DNA of 64,000 nucleotides from Camelus ferus (GCF_009834535.1 NC_045698.1:13890001-13954000); one strand, 5' to 3'; shown: positions 12,831 through 25,950, counted from the first letter of the stretch. Notes: generated from the sequence alone by a model not told the origin. Numbers and translations are program-made.

Positions 12831-15062
12831 GAAATTAGGAGAAGTATTGAAAAACTGTAGATGGAGGAAAACTATAAAATACATATTTAGCAGTACTATA
12901 TATAATTACTTGAGTTGTTTGAGTTTCTTTTCAATCAACACGTGTTCTAAGTCTTCTAGAATTTGATACTGAAATCAGGAAAGTGTAATCCTTAGTAATC
13001 CTTCAATGTATCGACTTACTGGATACACAATGACGAAAAAAGAGAATGTCTTAGACATTATAATTGTCTGATCAAACTCCTCCTTGTGTGTAGGATCCAA
13101 AAGGTTTGAATAGAATTTCTGCAAGTGAAGACAGATATATAGACCTTGAAGGTTCTGAGACAATATAGACAATCCCACACCTTTTGTCACACTAATTAAT
13201 GAAATTATGGGCACATTTCATGTATTATATATAATTTTTAAAGGCAGTGAATTGAGATTAGTTCATAAATTGCTTAATTGGGAGCACCATTCTTAGTGGT
13301 TATGCAAAATGATTATTTATCTCACCTTGGATGTGAATGAGGATGAGTGTATCTCAATTTAAAGTGATATTCATTCCGTTAATGTACTAAAAGTTAACAT
13401 AGTACTCGTTGCTTATTACTATAATCTAACAACTCTAAAGCAAAATGTGAGATAAAAAAGAATGCAGGAAAGGAAAACAATCGCAGAGAAATGGAGACAC
13501 AGACCTAATCAAATAAAGCCTAAAGCCCAGTTTACCTATGAAACTTGCAGGCAGGTACATGAATCAACAAAGTTATTCTAAATCTCAGAACAAATTGAAT
13601 TATTTTTAGATATTTTGAAGTAATCTGTCATATGGCATTAGGTAACTAATACACTGACACATGGATGTATAAAAAATTTCAGAAAATATTTTATTGTAGT
13701 ACTTCGGATCATTGGTTAAAGTGATATCAATTTATCCGTGTGTTAGTCCCTTTGTGTGCTGAGGGGAAAACACCCACTAGGATTCTTTTGTGTGTTAAGG
13801 GAAACTGCTAATACGAACACATTTGTGGAAGACAAATTTCATGGACCAAAAATAAGCACACTGACAATAATAATAGAATATGTAGAAGCCAAAGGGACTT
13901 AAAAACCACCCACTCTTCAGTAACGGGGTTTTACATTGTTAGATGCAGCTGCTAACAAAAATTAATTTCAGATTAAAAGGCAACGAGGAACGAGTTCATA
14001 AAATTTAAATTTAATTTCCAGGACCTGAAGTTGACAAGTGGACTAAATTTGAAATGTGTGGATCCTACTCTTTGAATACATTTGCATGAGAATTGAGAAA
14101 ACAAATGAGAAACATTCAATGAATAAAGAATATGGAAACACTGGTTTCTGGACTTGAGTTATGTAGAGAGAAAAAGTGAAACAGGGAGCTAGGCAGATAT
14201 TCATATCAATTCACAAAACATGAGCTCGTTTCTGTTCTTGCTGAAACCATGAACTCTGGTTACAGCAGAACCTTTTGGACTCATTAAAGTATGAATAAAT
14301 AAGCATCTCCCTGACCTTGGATCCTTTGGGAGTACAACCGTCATGCAAGCAATTAATGAGACAAAGTCCCATTTTGGTGTATTGATCAGGTGGAATACAT
14401 CCTTGCATTTAATGCACAGAACAAGGCGAAACAGAATATTCTAGGTGAAATGGGAAACATATAGTTTAGTGATGACTGCATTTTGTAGTGAGTGATGGAG
14501 GTGTTCGGTAGTTAAGGTAGGTGGAGAAATGAGGGCAGAGAATATTCATGAATTTAACAAAATTTTATTAACCCAGTTCTATGTCTCAGGAAATTTACTA
14601 AGTATTTGGCAATACTATGATGAACAAAGATGAAAGAGACCTGATCCGTAGACTTGAGATGTTGACCATCCAGAAAAAGTGAAAATATTACAATAAAACA
14701 TGGTAAGTGCTCTATGTAAGACTGATAAGTGATGTCATTTTAAGGCAGGCATGCAGTTAGAGTATAGAAGGGAAGGGGCTGTAAAATTTGCCTGAGAAGT
14801 TGAGAAAAAGTTCACAGGTGTGACATTCGAAAGACTTCTTAAAAGAAAATTGCTGTTTGTAAAGCAGAAGAAAATAAGAAGAGGGCTTTGAGAGATGGAA
14901 AGACAATACAATTATTGAAACAACACGGCCTGTTTGAGGGTCTGTGCCTAAAAGCATGATACACATTTTTCAGAGGATTCAGCTGAGACTAGAGGGCCAA
15001 ATATTATGAAGAAAAGCCACGTATGACCTACATGGAGTTTATTCCTCAGGCAATCAGGATCC

Positions 15063-15121
15063 GTGTGTGTGTGTGTGTGAGTGTGTGTGTGCACGTGCGT
15101 GCGCTCGCGCATGTGTGCATG
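15063..15121. repeat. (TG)n / mixed alternating purine-pyrimidine tract
   Basis: gtgtgt...gcacgtgcgtgcgctcgcgcatgtgtgcatg. Confidence 0.9.
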
Positions 15122-15284
15122 CTCATGAGATTAGTCCTAAATAGATCAAATTGTTATTGAAAACCATGTTTCTTAAACTTAATTTACATTAGAATCACAT
15201 TGGTGAGTGGTTCTCAAACCTTAGCCTACATGGGCATCGCATAGACAGCCGGATAAAACCCAGGATATTGGGCCATAATGAGAC

Positions 15285-15680
15285 TCAAATTCATGGGGTC
15301 CCCAGATATTTGGTCAAACACTATTTTGTGTTTGTAAGAGTGCTTCTGGATAAGATTAACATTTAAATTGGAAGACCTAGTAAAGTAGATTGTTCTCTAT
15401 TATGTGAGTGGGTTTCATCCAGTTTGTTGAAGACTTGAATGGAACAAAAGGCTGACTCTTCTTTGAATATGAGAGAATTCTCTTGCCTGATAGTTTCTGA
15501 AATATTGGCTCTTCCAGGTTCTGGCCTTAAGATGTGCCCTAGGACATGGGATCTGAAGATTTCAGACCTGCCAGCCTCCGTAACTGGATGAGCCAACATG
15601 AGCTAATTCCTTATACTAAATCTCCTTATTGGTTCTGAATCTTATAGGTTCTGTTTGTCTGAAGAACCCTGACTAATCCA
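15285..15680 (+). mobile_element. MLT2-family (ERVL) LTR, 5'-truncated
   Basis: cccagatatttggtcaaacactatt, gattaacatttaaattgg, and terminal gaagaaccctgactaatcca. Confidence 0.85.
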
Positions 15681-16464
15681 GGTCCAGCTGACAGCAGAAT
15701 GTAGTTTAACCTTTACTCATCCTTCATCTCAAGACTGAATCCATGCGTTATCCTTCTTTGAAATCTCCACTTATCCTCTTAGAGAGACAAAGCAACCATG
15801 TTTTATGTTTCTCTAGTTCCTAAAAAGCACAGTAATTATTCATAATGCAATTATATGCTTACTTTGTCTTTTGCGTGAGACTCTTAAATTCCTCAAAAAC
15901 AAAATATGTCCTCAGTACCATTAGTGCCTAAATCACTACACTACCTAGCAAGTATCATTGATGAATGCATTTTGAGTGAGTCAGTTAATGTATACTTTAG
16001 GATAAAGGTGATAAAGCACATCACACCAGAGTACTGGGATGGATACTAAGGAAGTAGAACATTCCAAGAGGAAAGAGAATGATTAATATAGTCAAATATC
16101 ACGAAGAAATCAAGGGGAAATAAGAAAGAAAATATATTCATTGGATTTAGATATTAAGAAGAATGATCATAATGGCAGATTCCAAAACACAGTTGGGACA
16201 AAATATACGTTATCCTGCACTGAGGCTCTAACAAAGAAATGGAGGGAGATGATGAGAAATTCACTCGGAAAAAATATATTAAGAACTACTTTTTGAGTAC
16301 CTACTAGTGCCGTTACTGTACTAAGGAGTCATACAGAAGGACAAGTAAACCACAGCATCAGGTTTGAAAGGATATGTACTATCCAGTAATATAATGATGA
16401 TAATAATAATAATAACAACAACAACAATAACAACCTTGCCAAATTTTTACAGACATTTTAGGGT

Positions 16465-17463
16465 CATGGTAGGTAGAATTCTAAAGATGCCAGCACAAGA
16501 CTCCTGTCCTTGGTTATTCAACTTAACATGAATCTGAATACTATTGTGAAGGGAATTTTGCAGATAAAATTAAAGTCCCAAGTCATTTGACCTTAAAACA
16601 CAGAGCTTATCTGGGTAGGCCTGACCCAATCAGGTGAAGACCACTGAAAGCAGAGACTTTCTCCAGATGGCAGCAGAAGAGAAAGTTAAAGAAATTCAGG
16701 CATAAAAAGGACTTGACACACAGTCACTTGTTTGAAGAAGGTGAGGGCTATGTGCGGAGGAAGGCCGGCAGCCTCTAAGAGGAGAGAGATGCCCAAGTTG
16801 ACAACTAGAAAAAAAAATGGAGACCCACATCCTCAAGGAAGTGAATTGTGCCAGAAAGAATGAGCATTAAATCAGATTCTTCACGAAGTAAGCCAGAAAG
16901 AGAAAGAAAAATATCATATGATATTGCTTACATGTAGAGTCTAAAAACAAACAAACAAACAGACTTATTTACAAAACAGAAACAGATTCACAGATGTAGA
17001 AAACAAACATGATTACTGGGGGGGAGGGTGTGGGAAGGGGTAAACTGAAAGCTTGAGATTTGCAGATACTAACTAATACGTATAAAATAAACAACAAATT
17101 TATACTGTATAGCACAGGAAACTTTATTCAGTATCTTGTAGTAACTTATGGTGAAAAAGAATACAAAAACAAATATATGTATGTTCCTGTATGACTGAAG
17201 CATTGTGCTGTACCTCAGAAATTGACACAACATTGTAAACTGATTATACTTCAATGAAAATAAATAAATAAGTAAGTAAATAAGTAAGTAAGCAAGTAAA
17301 TAATCAGATTCTTCCCTGGAGCCTCCCAATAAGAGCCCAGCCCAGCTGACACATCACTTAAGTCTTTCCAGATCTAAAGCAGAGAACACAGCTGAACCCT
17401 CCTGGATTTCTACCCTACAGAAATCATATGAGTATTTGTTACACATTAATGGAAGAGTCATAG
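16465..17463 (+). mobile_element. MLT1 (MLT1D/E-like) MaLR LTR interrupted by an L1 insertion
   Basis: ggtaggtagaattctaaagatg, gtgaagggaattttgcagataaaattaaagtccc; the LTR resumes at 17315 (cctggagcctcc...cagcccagctgacac). Confidence 0.85.
16883..17301 (+). mobile_element. Younger 5'-truncated L1 3' end (cetartiodactyl, camelid L1_Vpa-like)
   Basis: tgtatagcacaggaaactttattcagtatcttgtagtaac...gaaattgacacaacattgtaaactgattatacttcaat, an A-rich (TAAA/TAAG)n tail, and a perfect 13-bp TSD AATCAGATTCTTC at 16870-16882 and 17302-17314. Confidence 0.92.
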
Positions 17464-18439
17464 AAGTTATCAAATAGCTGTATTATGAATTACATTGCTG
17501 CCGGTAACAGAAATGTTCCACAAGTATTTATTTAGAACGTTCTCTTCCCCAAAGACTGTGACACCTGATAAGAAGGCAACACTTTCTATTCCCCTGACCA
17601 GAGACAACATATTGAATTCATTTGATTCTTAGCGTGTTCTTTAAAATGCTGAAAATAATCTTATGTCACAGAACGCATTTTAAAAATAAGTAACAGAATA
17701 AACCTCAATCAATTCAAATACCTGACTGGTACTTAGGTCCCATGGACATCGATTTCCATATGGAGGACCATGTTAGAATGAGTGCAGATCTAGGAACCAA
17801 AATATTTAGATTAATATTTTGTATGAGTCTCATGTTCTTTTATCTAAAAAATGAGAATAATACCTTTCCTCTCTATTTCACAGAGATTTTTGTTAGGATG
17901 ACACACCTGTAAAGTGCTCCCTACAAGGACAAATAGCAGCTGGTAAAAGATGTCACAGACCAGATCCATGTTTCCTGCCTTTCCTGCATGACTAGGCAGC
18001 TGCATAAATGCTTTGACCCAGAACCACAGGATGAAAGAAGGCAGAGCCAAACACCATGTAATTAACAGCTGCATTGCGCCTGCGCTCTACCTGCCTGCTC
18101 AAAGGATGCTCATTTCAGCTGTGACAACCCTCAACTTTCACACTGGCCCTCTAGCATGAGGCCTGTTCACCTCAAGGAAGGGGGCAACATTTTTTGTTTT
18201 GGTTTGTGTGTGTGTGTGTTTTGCTTTGTTTTGTTTTTGCACAGAGTTGCTTTGCTTTTATTTTCTCTTAAATTCTGGTTCATTTCTTTATCTGCCCAGA
18301 TGAGGCCCCTTTCTTTTAATTGCACAAACCCCTAGGTAGGATGAATAGGTATTTTAAAACATTAACTTCGAATTGTAACTCCTTAGAACAACAGTCTCCT
18401 CAAAACTGTTAGCTTAAGATTTTTAAAAATCCGTTTTCT

Positions 18440-19583
18440 GTTCATGAAAGACACTGTCAAGAGGATGAGAAGACAAGACACAGACTGGGAGAAAATATTT
18501 GCAAAAGACATATCTGATAAACCAGTTATCCAAAACATGCAAATAACTCTTAGCATTCAACAAGAAAACAACCTGATTCAAAAATGGTTCAAGGCCTTAA
18601 TAGACACCTCACCAAACAAAACATACAGATGGCAAATAAGCATATGAAAAGATGCTCCACATGTATGTCAGGAAAATACAAATTAAAACAACAGGATACC
18701 ATTATATATCCATTAAAGTGTCCCAAATCCAGGGAACACTGACAACATCAAATGCTAGGGAGGATGTGGAGCAACAGGAACTCTTATTCATTCATATCTG
18801 GTGGGTATGCGAAATGGCACAGCCACTTTGTAAGACATTTTGTCAATTTCTTATAAAACTAAACATACTCTTACCATATGATACAGCAATTGCATATTTT
18901 GGTATTAGCTCAAAGAAGTTGAAAACTTCTGTCCACATGAAAACCTACACATGAATGCTTATAGCAGCTTTATTTCATCATTAACAAGAACTTGGAAACA
19001 ACCAAGATATTCTTCAGTAGATGGATGAGTAAAGAAACTGTGGTACATCCTAACAATGGAATATTATTGAATGTTAAAAAGAAATGAGCAATCGAGACAT
19101 GAAAAGACATGGTGGAATCTTAAATCCATATTACTAAGTAAAAGAAGCCATTCTGAAAGGCAACATGTTGTATAAATCCAACTACATGACATTCTGGAAG
19201 AGGCCAAACTAGGGAGCCAATAAAAAGATCATTGGTTACCTGGCGTAGGGATGGGGAGACATGAATGGGCAGAGCACAGAAGATTTTTAGTGCAGTCAAA
19301 ATACTCTGTATGATACTATCATGATGAGAACATGCCATTATACAGCTGTCCAAACCCAAAGGAGACCAAGAATGAACCTTAAATTAAACCATGGACTTTG
19401 GTTGATTATGACATGTCAATATAGGTTCATCAATTATAACAAATGTATCACTCTGGTGGGAGATGTTGATAGTCGAGGATGCTAAGCACATGAAGGTGCT
19501 GGGGGGATATGGGAGATCTCCATACATTCCTCTCGATTTTGCTGTGAATCTAAAACTTCACTAAAAAAAATAAAGCCTTAAAA
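18440..19583 (+). mobile_element. L1MC1-like 3' fragment
   Basis: ORF2 C-terminal remnant (DWEKIFAKDISDK) and diagnostic 3' UTR ggcagagcacagaagatttttag...taggttcatcaattataacaaatgtatcactctggtggg...ttttgctgtgaatctaaaact. Confidence 0.9.
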
Positions 19584-20709
19584 AAATCCTGTTTGAAAAA
19601 GTATCCACAACAGAATACACTAGAAAACAGTTGGATGACATGGCTCATGTTGAAATTAATGCTTACAAGCAATTGTACCTGGAAGGGCTTCCAACTCTAT
19701 TTCATAGACACTTAAGTCAAGCAATCCGTAAGTGGATGTGCACTTTTCTAAACAGTGTCTCCCAATATGGCTATAAAATCTTAACTATTGCTCATTCTTT
19801 CTACATACCTGTTTATGATTAGGATTAAATTATATCTTAGTAATGCTCATTGAGATATCTCTAAGGCTTTTTTATTACCATCCATAAAATTTAGGATATT
19901 ACGATTTACTGTGCTGTTTTACTTAGTAGATGTGTATTAACTCATTTCCCATATGAAGGACCAACAAGTGGTTTAAAAAAAAAAAACTTAGTATATCTTG
20001 AAGACGTTACTTAAGTAAAAATGAACATTTCCTTTGGTAATGATTGAAAACAATAGAGTTTTTATGATATACATGAACCCATGTATGTTTATAAATCAGC
20101 TTCTACTTGATGCAAACATTATTTGGACTGAGGTGAGATTTAGAAACAATCTTAAGTACGGCCTCTGATTAAAACACGCCTGTAATTGAACTTTGATGCT
20201 ATTTTTAAAATTTCCTATTGTTTCCAACAAGCAAATATCATTCTTTCCAGGGATTCTTAACTTCCATCTTCTATCCATGGAGCTTGTTCCCAAGAACTAC
20301 ACAATATTTTTGGAACCTTTCAAATGTCTTTATCATTTCCTTTTGAATATATCAATCCATTTATTCCTTTATTTTAAAACTAATTTTCAATGAGCCTTTA
20401 TCATGTGACAGTCCTTTTGTTGTCCTTGGGTGACTAAGAACATGTAATTCTAGGTCTAGTCTCGTTACGTTGAAAATGAATATTAACCAGAATGATAACA
20501 AGTGAACCCACTCATGTATTCTTTATAATGCTCATTTTAAAGTAGTTAGTGATGCTTATTTTCAAAGAGAACATTATGTCGAAAAAATTATCTAAATGGA
20601 AACCACTTGAGTTGATTTTTCAGATGCAAAACATGAAAAATTCAGGTAGAACAGAGAAGACTGGAGTGGTTTAATTACTGATTTGTAATAAAGGGCATTA
20701 TAAAAGTAC

Positions 20710-21745
20710 ATAAACCACAATGAGCTATCACCCCATGCCCACTAGAATGGATCTAATCAAAAAGGTATGTAATGATAAATATTGATAACAATATAGAGAA
20801 ATTGGAACCCTCATATAGAGCTGGTATGAATGTAAAATGTAGCCACTTTGGAAAACAGTCTGGCTGCTCATCAAAAGTTTAAATATAGAGTTTCTATGTG
20901 ACCTCGTAATCCCACTCTTAGGTACACAACCAAAAGAAATGAAAACCCATCCATATGGAGATACTCATAGTCATGTTCATAACAGCATTATTCAAACTAG
21001 GCAAAAAGTAGAAACAGCCCAAATGTCTGTCCTGATAGATAAAGTGATAAAGGGACAAATAAAATGTAATATATCCATAGAGTGGAATATTTTTTAGCAA
21101 TAAGAATGAATGAAACACTGCTACATGCTACAGTGTAAATGAACTTTGAAAATACTGTGCTGAGTGAAGTAAGCCAGTCACACAGAACCACGGGTTATAT
21201 GATTCTTTTATATGAAATGCCAAGAAAAGGCAAATCTATTGCTATAGACTGAATGTTTATGTTCCCTTGCCAAAATTCAGAGTGGAACACTCATCAGTGA
21301 GATTAGTGCCTCCAGAGAGATTCTTTGCCCTCGTGCCAGGTGAGTTCACCAGTAGAAGGCAGCCATTTATGAACCTGGACTGGGTTTTCACCAGATACCA
21401 AATCTGTTGCCCCTTAATCTTGGACTTCCAGCCTCCAGAACTGTGAGAAATAAATGTTTGTTGTTTGAAGCACTCAGTTTATGGCATTTTGTTATATTGG
21501 CCGAAACAGACTAAGACATCTATAGAAACTGGAAGTAGGTTAGTGGCTTCTTGAGTTGAGACACAAGGAGTGGGGTTTAGAGGGTGATGACCAAGGGGTA
21601 CAGGATTTCTTTCTGAAATCATGAATATATTCTAAAACAGATTGTAGTGATTGATGCACAAGTTCTAAGTATACTAAAAGTTATTAAACTGTACCCTTTA
21701 AAAGGGTGAATTGCATGATTTGTAAATTATTTATAAATGAAGTTT
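20710..21745 (+). mobile_element. L1MB-like 3' fragment interrupted by an MLT1A LTR
   Basis: aaaccacaatgagctatcac, gccactttggaaaacagtctgg, gtgaagtaagccagtcacac; ggcaaatctat|agaaact rejoins across the LTR. Confidence 0.88.
21240..21518 (+). mobile_element. MLT1A-like MaLR solo LTR, internally deleted
   Basis: TG...CA ends (tgctatagactgaatgttt...gactaagaca), cttggacttccagcctccagaactgtgagaaataaatg, and a 5-bp TSD TCTAT at 21235-21239 and 21519-21523. Confidence 0.92.
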
Positions 21746-22683
21746 CAATTTTTTAAAATTTCTTGTACCTTCTGAGGACAAGCAAAAGAGAACATAATTT
21801 CTTTTCACATAGCACTGTTTTTTTAATGTGAAGTATTCTTAATTTTAATATATTTATAGTTCTGTTGTGAATATGTAGAAATCTTTTAAAATTATACATA
21901 TTTTCTGCATGCAATGCTAAACTTGGGGCAATTTGTACCTTTGGTTTATTTCTCAACATGTAAAGAAAGGTTTCATTTTCATGACAGTAAATCCGTTTTC
22001 CTAGCATTTTATTCTAATTTCATTTGAACGTAGTCATGCACATCTTTTTGAACTCAGAGATAATTATTGATATTTATGCTTTTTTCAAAACCTAGGTATT
22101 TAGCATAATGCCATGCTCTGGATGAGGATGAGACAAGAGCCTTCCTCAGCTGTGTATCATATACTTCTCTTAAAAGGGACATAGACCTGCCCGTGGAAAT
22201 CCCAAGAGTTATTCTTTTACTGTAAAAGTTCTGAGTGTTAATTGAAGCTTGAGGAGGGGTGCTATATTGATAAAATAATTCAAGTACAATGTTAAGATTG
22301 TCTTTTCTTCTCTTCTTTTTGTTTTCCTAAACAGTTTCGCCGCATATGAAGTATTCCTCTTCTGCTTAAGTAAGGAATAAGCACATGACAAAGCAAGTCT
22401 CACAATTCAGAAGAGAACCAAGTATTTTGACTCAGTGATGCAGACTAAGAGTTTTGTGATGCCAACTTCCCACCACTATGCGGGGATTAAAGTAAAGGAA
22501 AAGGTACAAGATTTATTCGCTGTACCTGACAATGAATAATTGTATCTACTACCTTCTGTGCACTCTGCTCACCCCTGGCATAAACAATAAAAGTGGCAAA
22601 AGCCTTGCTCTGGAGAAAATCTCAGCATAAATCTTCACGTATAAGTGACTTCTTTCCTATGATAACAAAATAAAGACGTTTAC

Positions 22684-22820
22684 CATTTTCTGAAGCAGCA
22701 ACTGTGATGTTGTACCACGGAGTTTCCTCTCTATCAAGGACCTTGGTAGTCTTAATGGTTCCAGTGTTGGCATCAATGTTGAAAAACCTGTCATCTTCAG
22801 GTTTGTAGTCGATGAAATAT
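22684..22820 (-). CDS. CDH18: Cadherin-18 internal coding exon (137 nt, phase 2 to 1), EC4
   Basis: Not in the ORF track in this frame. Manual translation gives (R)YFIDYKPEDDRFFNIDANTGTIKTTKVLDREETPWYNITVAASEN, with the LDRE motif and an NIT sequon. Acceptor TTTGTTTCTCTAG, donor G|GTAAAC. Phase matches the 254-nt exon. Confidence 0.95.
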
Positions 22821-23389
22821 CTAGAGAAACAAATAGATACATTTTCTTTTACCCGACGCTATAACAAAGAAAAGAAAACTGAATCAAGGGAGGTATTAAC
22901 CTAATACATTCAAATACTGAAACATGTATTTTTACTTTCCATATTTGGCTCTTAAGATTTGCCTGGCCATTTTATATTTGCATAGAACTGATATCAATTA
23001 TTTTTCTGTCACTCGTTTTTTCTGTCACTTCAATTACTAATTCAAAAAGCTTAAAACATACACCTACTAGACTCCATGAACAAAAGCACAGTTAATTAAT
23101 GAGGGAGGGAGAGACAAAAAAAAAAAAAAAAAAACAAACCCAAAAAACTTCTCTGTGAAGCCTACAGTCCACTGGAAAAAAATAAAACTTTAATTAAACT
23201 TCTCATTGTTATATGTACAGTTTTTTTAAGGATAACAGATGTTAGAGATTAATTTATCTTGGAATTTCATTATACCTGAAGTTGGAAGATAAACACAAAA
23301 TGAAAAACAAAACATTTTAATTAATTACCGTTGTGTCTCCATCACTTAGCATCTTCTCTTAGTCAAAGAGTGAAAGAATGAATAAACAG

Positions 23390-23861
23390 GAAGTAGGTTG
23401 CTTTATTGATCACACATCTTCTTCCCTGCCAAGCTCATGTAATTGTGCATGGCTTTCTTACCTTAGATTTGGCCCCCAGCTTACTTTGGCAACAGAATGA
23501 GTGGAAAGTGATGGTGCCCTGTTCCGTATTTGGGTTTAGGTGTCATGAGACTTTGCAAGTTCCCTCTTACACTCTACTACTGCCAGAAGAAGATCATGCC
23601 AGGGCTAGTTCACTGGTTCCCAGAAGAAAGGTGAGAGACATAGGGTTGACCCAGTTCAGATCTCCCACCCTAGCGCAGAGCTACCTAATAAATGAGCAGA
23701 TGCATGATGGAATGCACTGGGGATACGCAGAGTTGGCAAACAAAAGCCAGTCTAGTTCAGCTGATCCCAGCTGACTCAGACACACACACCATGGCTATAA
23801 ATTACTTTTTTCTATACCCCTGAGTTGTGGGGTTTTACATTATTCAACAAGTTAATTAACA
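23390..23861 (+). mobile_element. Old MLT1 (G/H-like) LTR
   Basis: ttactttggcaacagaatgagtggaaagtgatggtgcc and a terminal ccctgagttgtgggg...taaca. Confidence 0.6.
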
Positions 23862-23899
23862 TAAATCTGAATAAATAATATAGTAAACAATCATTATAT

Positions 23900-24431
23900 T
23901 GTTACCCCCCAAAAAGGAAAAGACCTCAGTTCCTTGTCTTATCTGAGGACAAGATTACAGATGGGAGACGCATTGCGTAGTGAAAGATTTTTGAAGGATT
24001 TATTTAGGAAAAGAAAAGTCCACCTCCAAGAGTGGGAGGCGGGCTGATCCAAGGGAGGGAAAATGGTCTTTGTTTTGCCCTCTCTCTTACACCCTGGCTT
24101 AGAGGCGGCCTTTTGATTGATTGACGGCTCTTGCCCCTGGAATGCCGAGTCATGTTTGTTTCCTTTGCACAAGTCCTTAGCCATGGTGCACACAGAAAAA
24201 CCCATGGTAGGGGCTAAACCACAGTGTTAATTATATTACAATGAGCACTGGGTCGTGTTCCATTAAGTTTTTCAATACTGCATAGTCCTGACTGGTTCTA
24301 ACCAGTTTCTTGCTGGCCCTCATTTAGAAGAAGTAAAAATCCCTTTATGCTGGAGGCAGGCATAACCCCAACTTCCCGACCATCCTCCCTCCTCCACCTA
24401 TCTGCCTGGTGCCCCACTTCACTATCTAACA
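23900..24431 (-). mobile_element. ERV1-like solo LTR (532 bp), same orientation as CDH18
   Basis: TGTTA...TAACA inverted termini; imperfect 4-bp TSD atat/ataa; minus-strand AATAAA at 23999-24004; GC-richer than the flanks. Confidence 0.75.
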
Positions 24432-24559
24432 ATAAGTTGTAGAGATGTCCCACACTGTTCCTCAATGGGTTTAAGGAGGAAGTTTTCTTTTCTCCTTAAA
24501 CCTCTAATCCTTCATCCCTCTTCATTACTCTTAGCTTAAGTTACATTTCTTCTACGTCT

Positions 24560-25950
24560 GAAGAAAAAAGAATGAACTGTCATGTGAGAAGTGCAAGGGG
24601 AATAATATTTGAATATAGGGACATAAAGTACAAAGATCCAAAGTGCAGAAAAAGCTTGACATGGTTCAGTAACAAATGGATGTTTCCATGTAACTGGCAG
24701 AATAATGAAGTGATGGCCAGGGGGTAGGACAAGCCTGCCCTGTGGCACAAGTCAAGGGTTTTGACTTTTTGATAGAAGCAATGGAAACAATTTAAACAAA
24801 ATAAATAACAGATCTACTTACGTTCTGAAAAAAAATTCCAGTGGCTACTTTGGAATCTTGGAACACAGAACATTAAAAACAACTCAGAAAAGAAATAATT
24901 GTCATCATGGGCACAGGTGGAAAAAAGAAGGAAACGGACAGAAGTGTATAAAATAGTGCTATATTTTGGCTACAACCTATAAAGCTTTTTGTTGGAGTGG
25001 CATTAGTAAAAAGAAGAAATCATGAATGATTTTTGTGTTGTGTCTGTGTATTTGATCTAGCATGTAGCTGATAAGCCCATTCAGAATTAAAGAGGGAAAG
25101 AAACAATCCCTTTGGGAGAAAGAGAGTTGGGCAGAAATCAGTGGCTTTGACATGTTATGCCTTGGATGTCAATTAATAAACATGTGGAATAAAAAATAGA
25201 AAATTAGATGTGGGTGTGGACTTCCAATGTGCTTTCTGAATGAATGGGAAATATACAGTTGAGGATGTATCAGCCTAAATGTACTGTAATGGGAACAATA
25301 TAATCTCATCTGGGAGAGAATTGTAAGGAAAGGACGTGACAGATGGAGCGGTACAGAACACCATCTTTGGGTATAAAGCGTCCCAGCATCTGCATAGGAG
25401 ATGCTTCAGGGGAAGGTGCAGCTCAGGGGAGAAGGGAAATTGGGCGAGTGGGGTGGTGCAGAAGCCAAGAAAGGAGTGTGGACAGCTGGGGTGAATTCTA
25501 TTAAGAAGCTGAGTGAGGTTAGTAAAGGCTGAATTGGATTTGGCAGGATGGACATCTTTGGCTAACTTGAAAAAGAGTAGTTTCAATAAAATATGAAAGG
25601 TTGGAAGTTTTATTGCAATGGATTCAAAAGTATATTGAATGCAAATATATGAAGCCCATGCATCATGACGCTTGATTGAATATCGTTACCTGAAATGAAG
25701 ATCAGAAAAATGGTGCCTTATGTCATCAGAGAAGTGGGTTCAACAAATTAATTTTTTCTGATGTGGGTAATAATAGGCATTGTCTTTGCTGGAGAGAATG
25801 ATCATTTTGAAAGAGGGGAATAGCTAAAAAGATAAAAATCATGAGAAGGTGAACAGATTGGTTTCCAGAGCACGAATATTGGGATTTCCATTGAAAGTAA
25901 CAGAGGAAACTTCTTCCACTTTAACATGGGGAAACACTTGGAATACAGGT
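24560..25950 (-). mobile_element. L2 LINE fragments
   Basis: ggatttggcaggatggacatctttggctaacttgaaaaagagtagtttcaat, gcagaagccaagaaaggagtgt. Confidence 0.65.

Noticed and set aside
1..22683. Apparent absence of the next cadherin exon (about 122 nt, DVNDNPP motif), suggesting exon loss
   Set aside because: Not found by eye, but CDH18 introns are commonly tens of kb so it probably lies outside the window; TBLASTN would settle it
22657..22842. 61-aa ORF overlapping the exon
   Set aside because: Alternative frame over the true 137-nt exon; the cadherin peptide lies in another frame bounded by splice sites
23406..23774. 122-aa ORF
   Set aside because: Lies in an old MLT1-like LTR, has a non-ATG start and no recognisable domain
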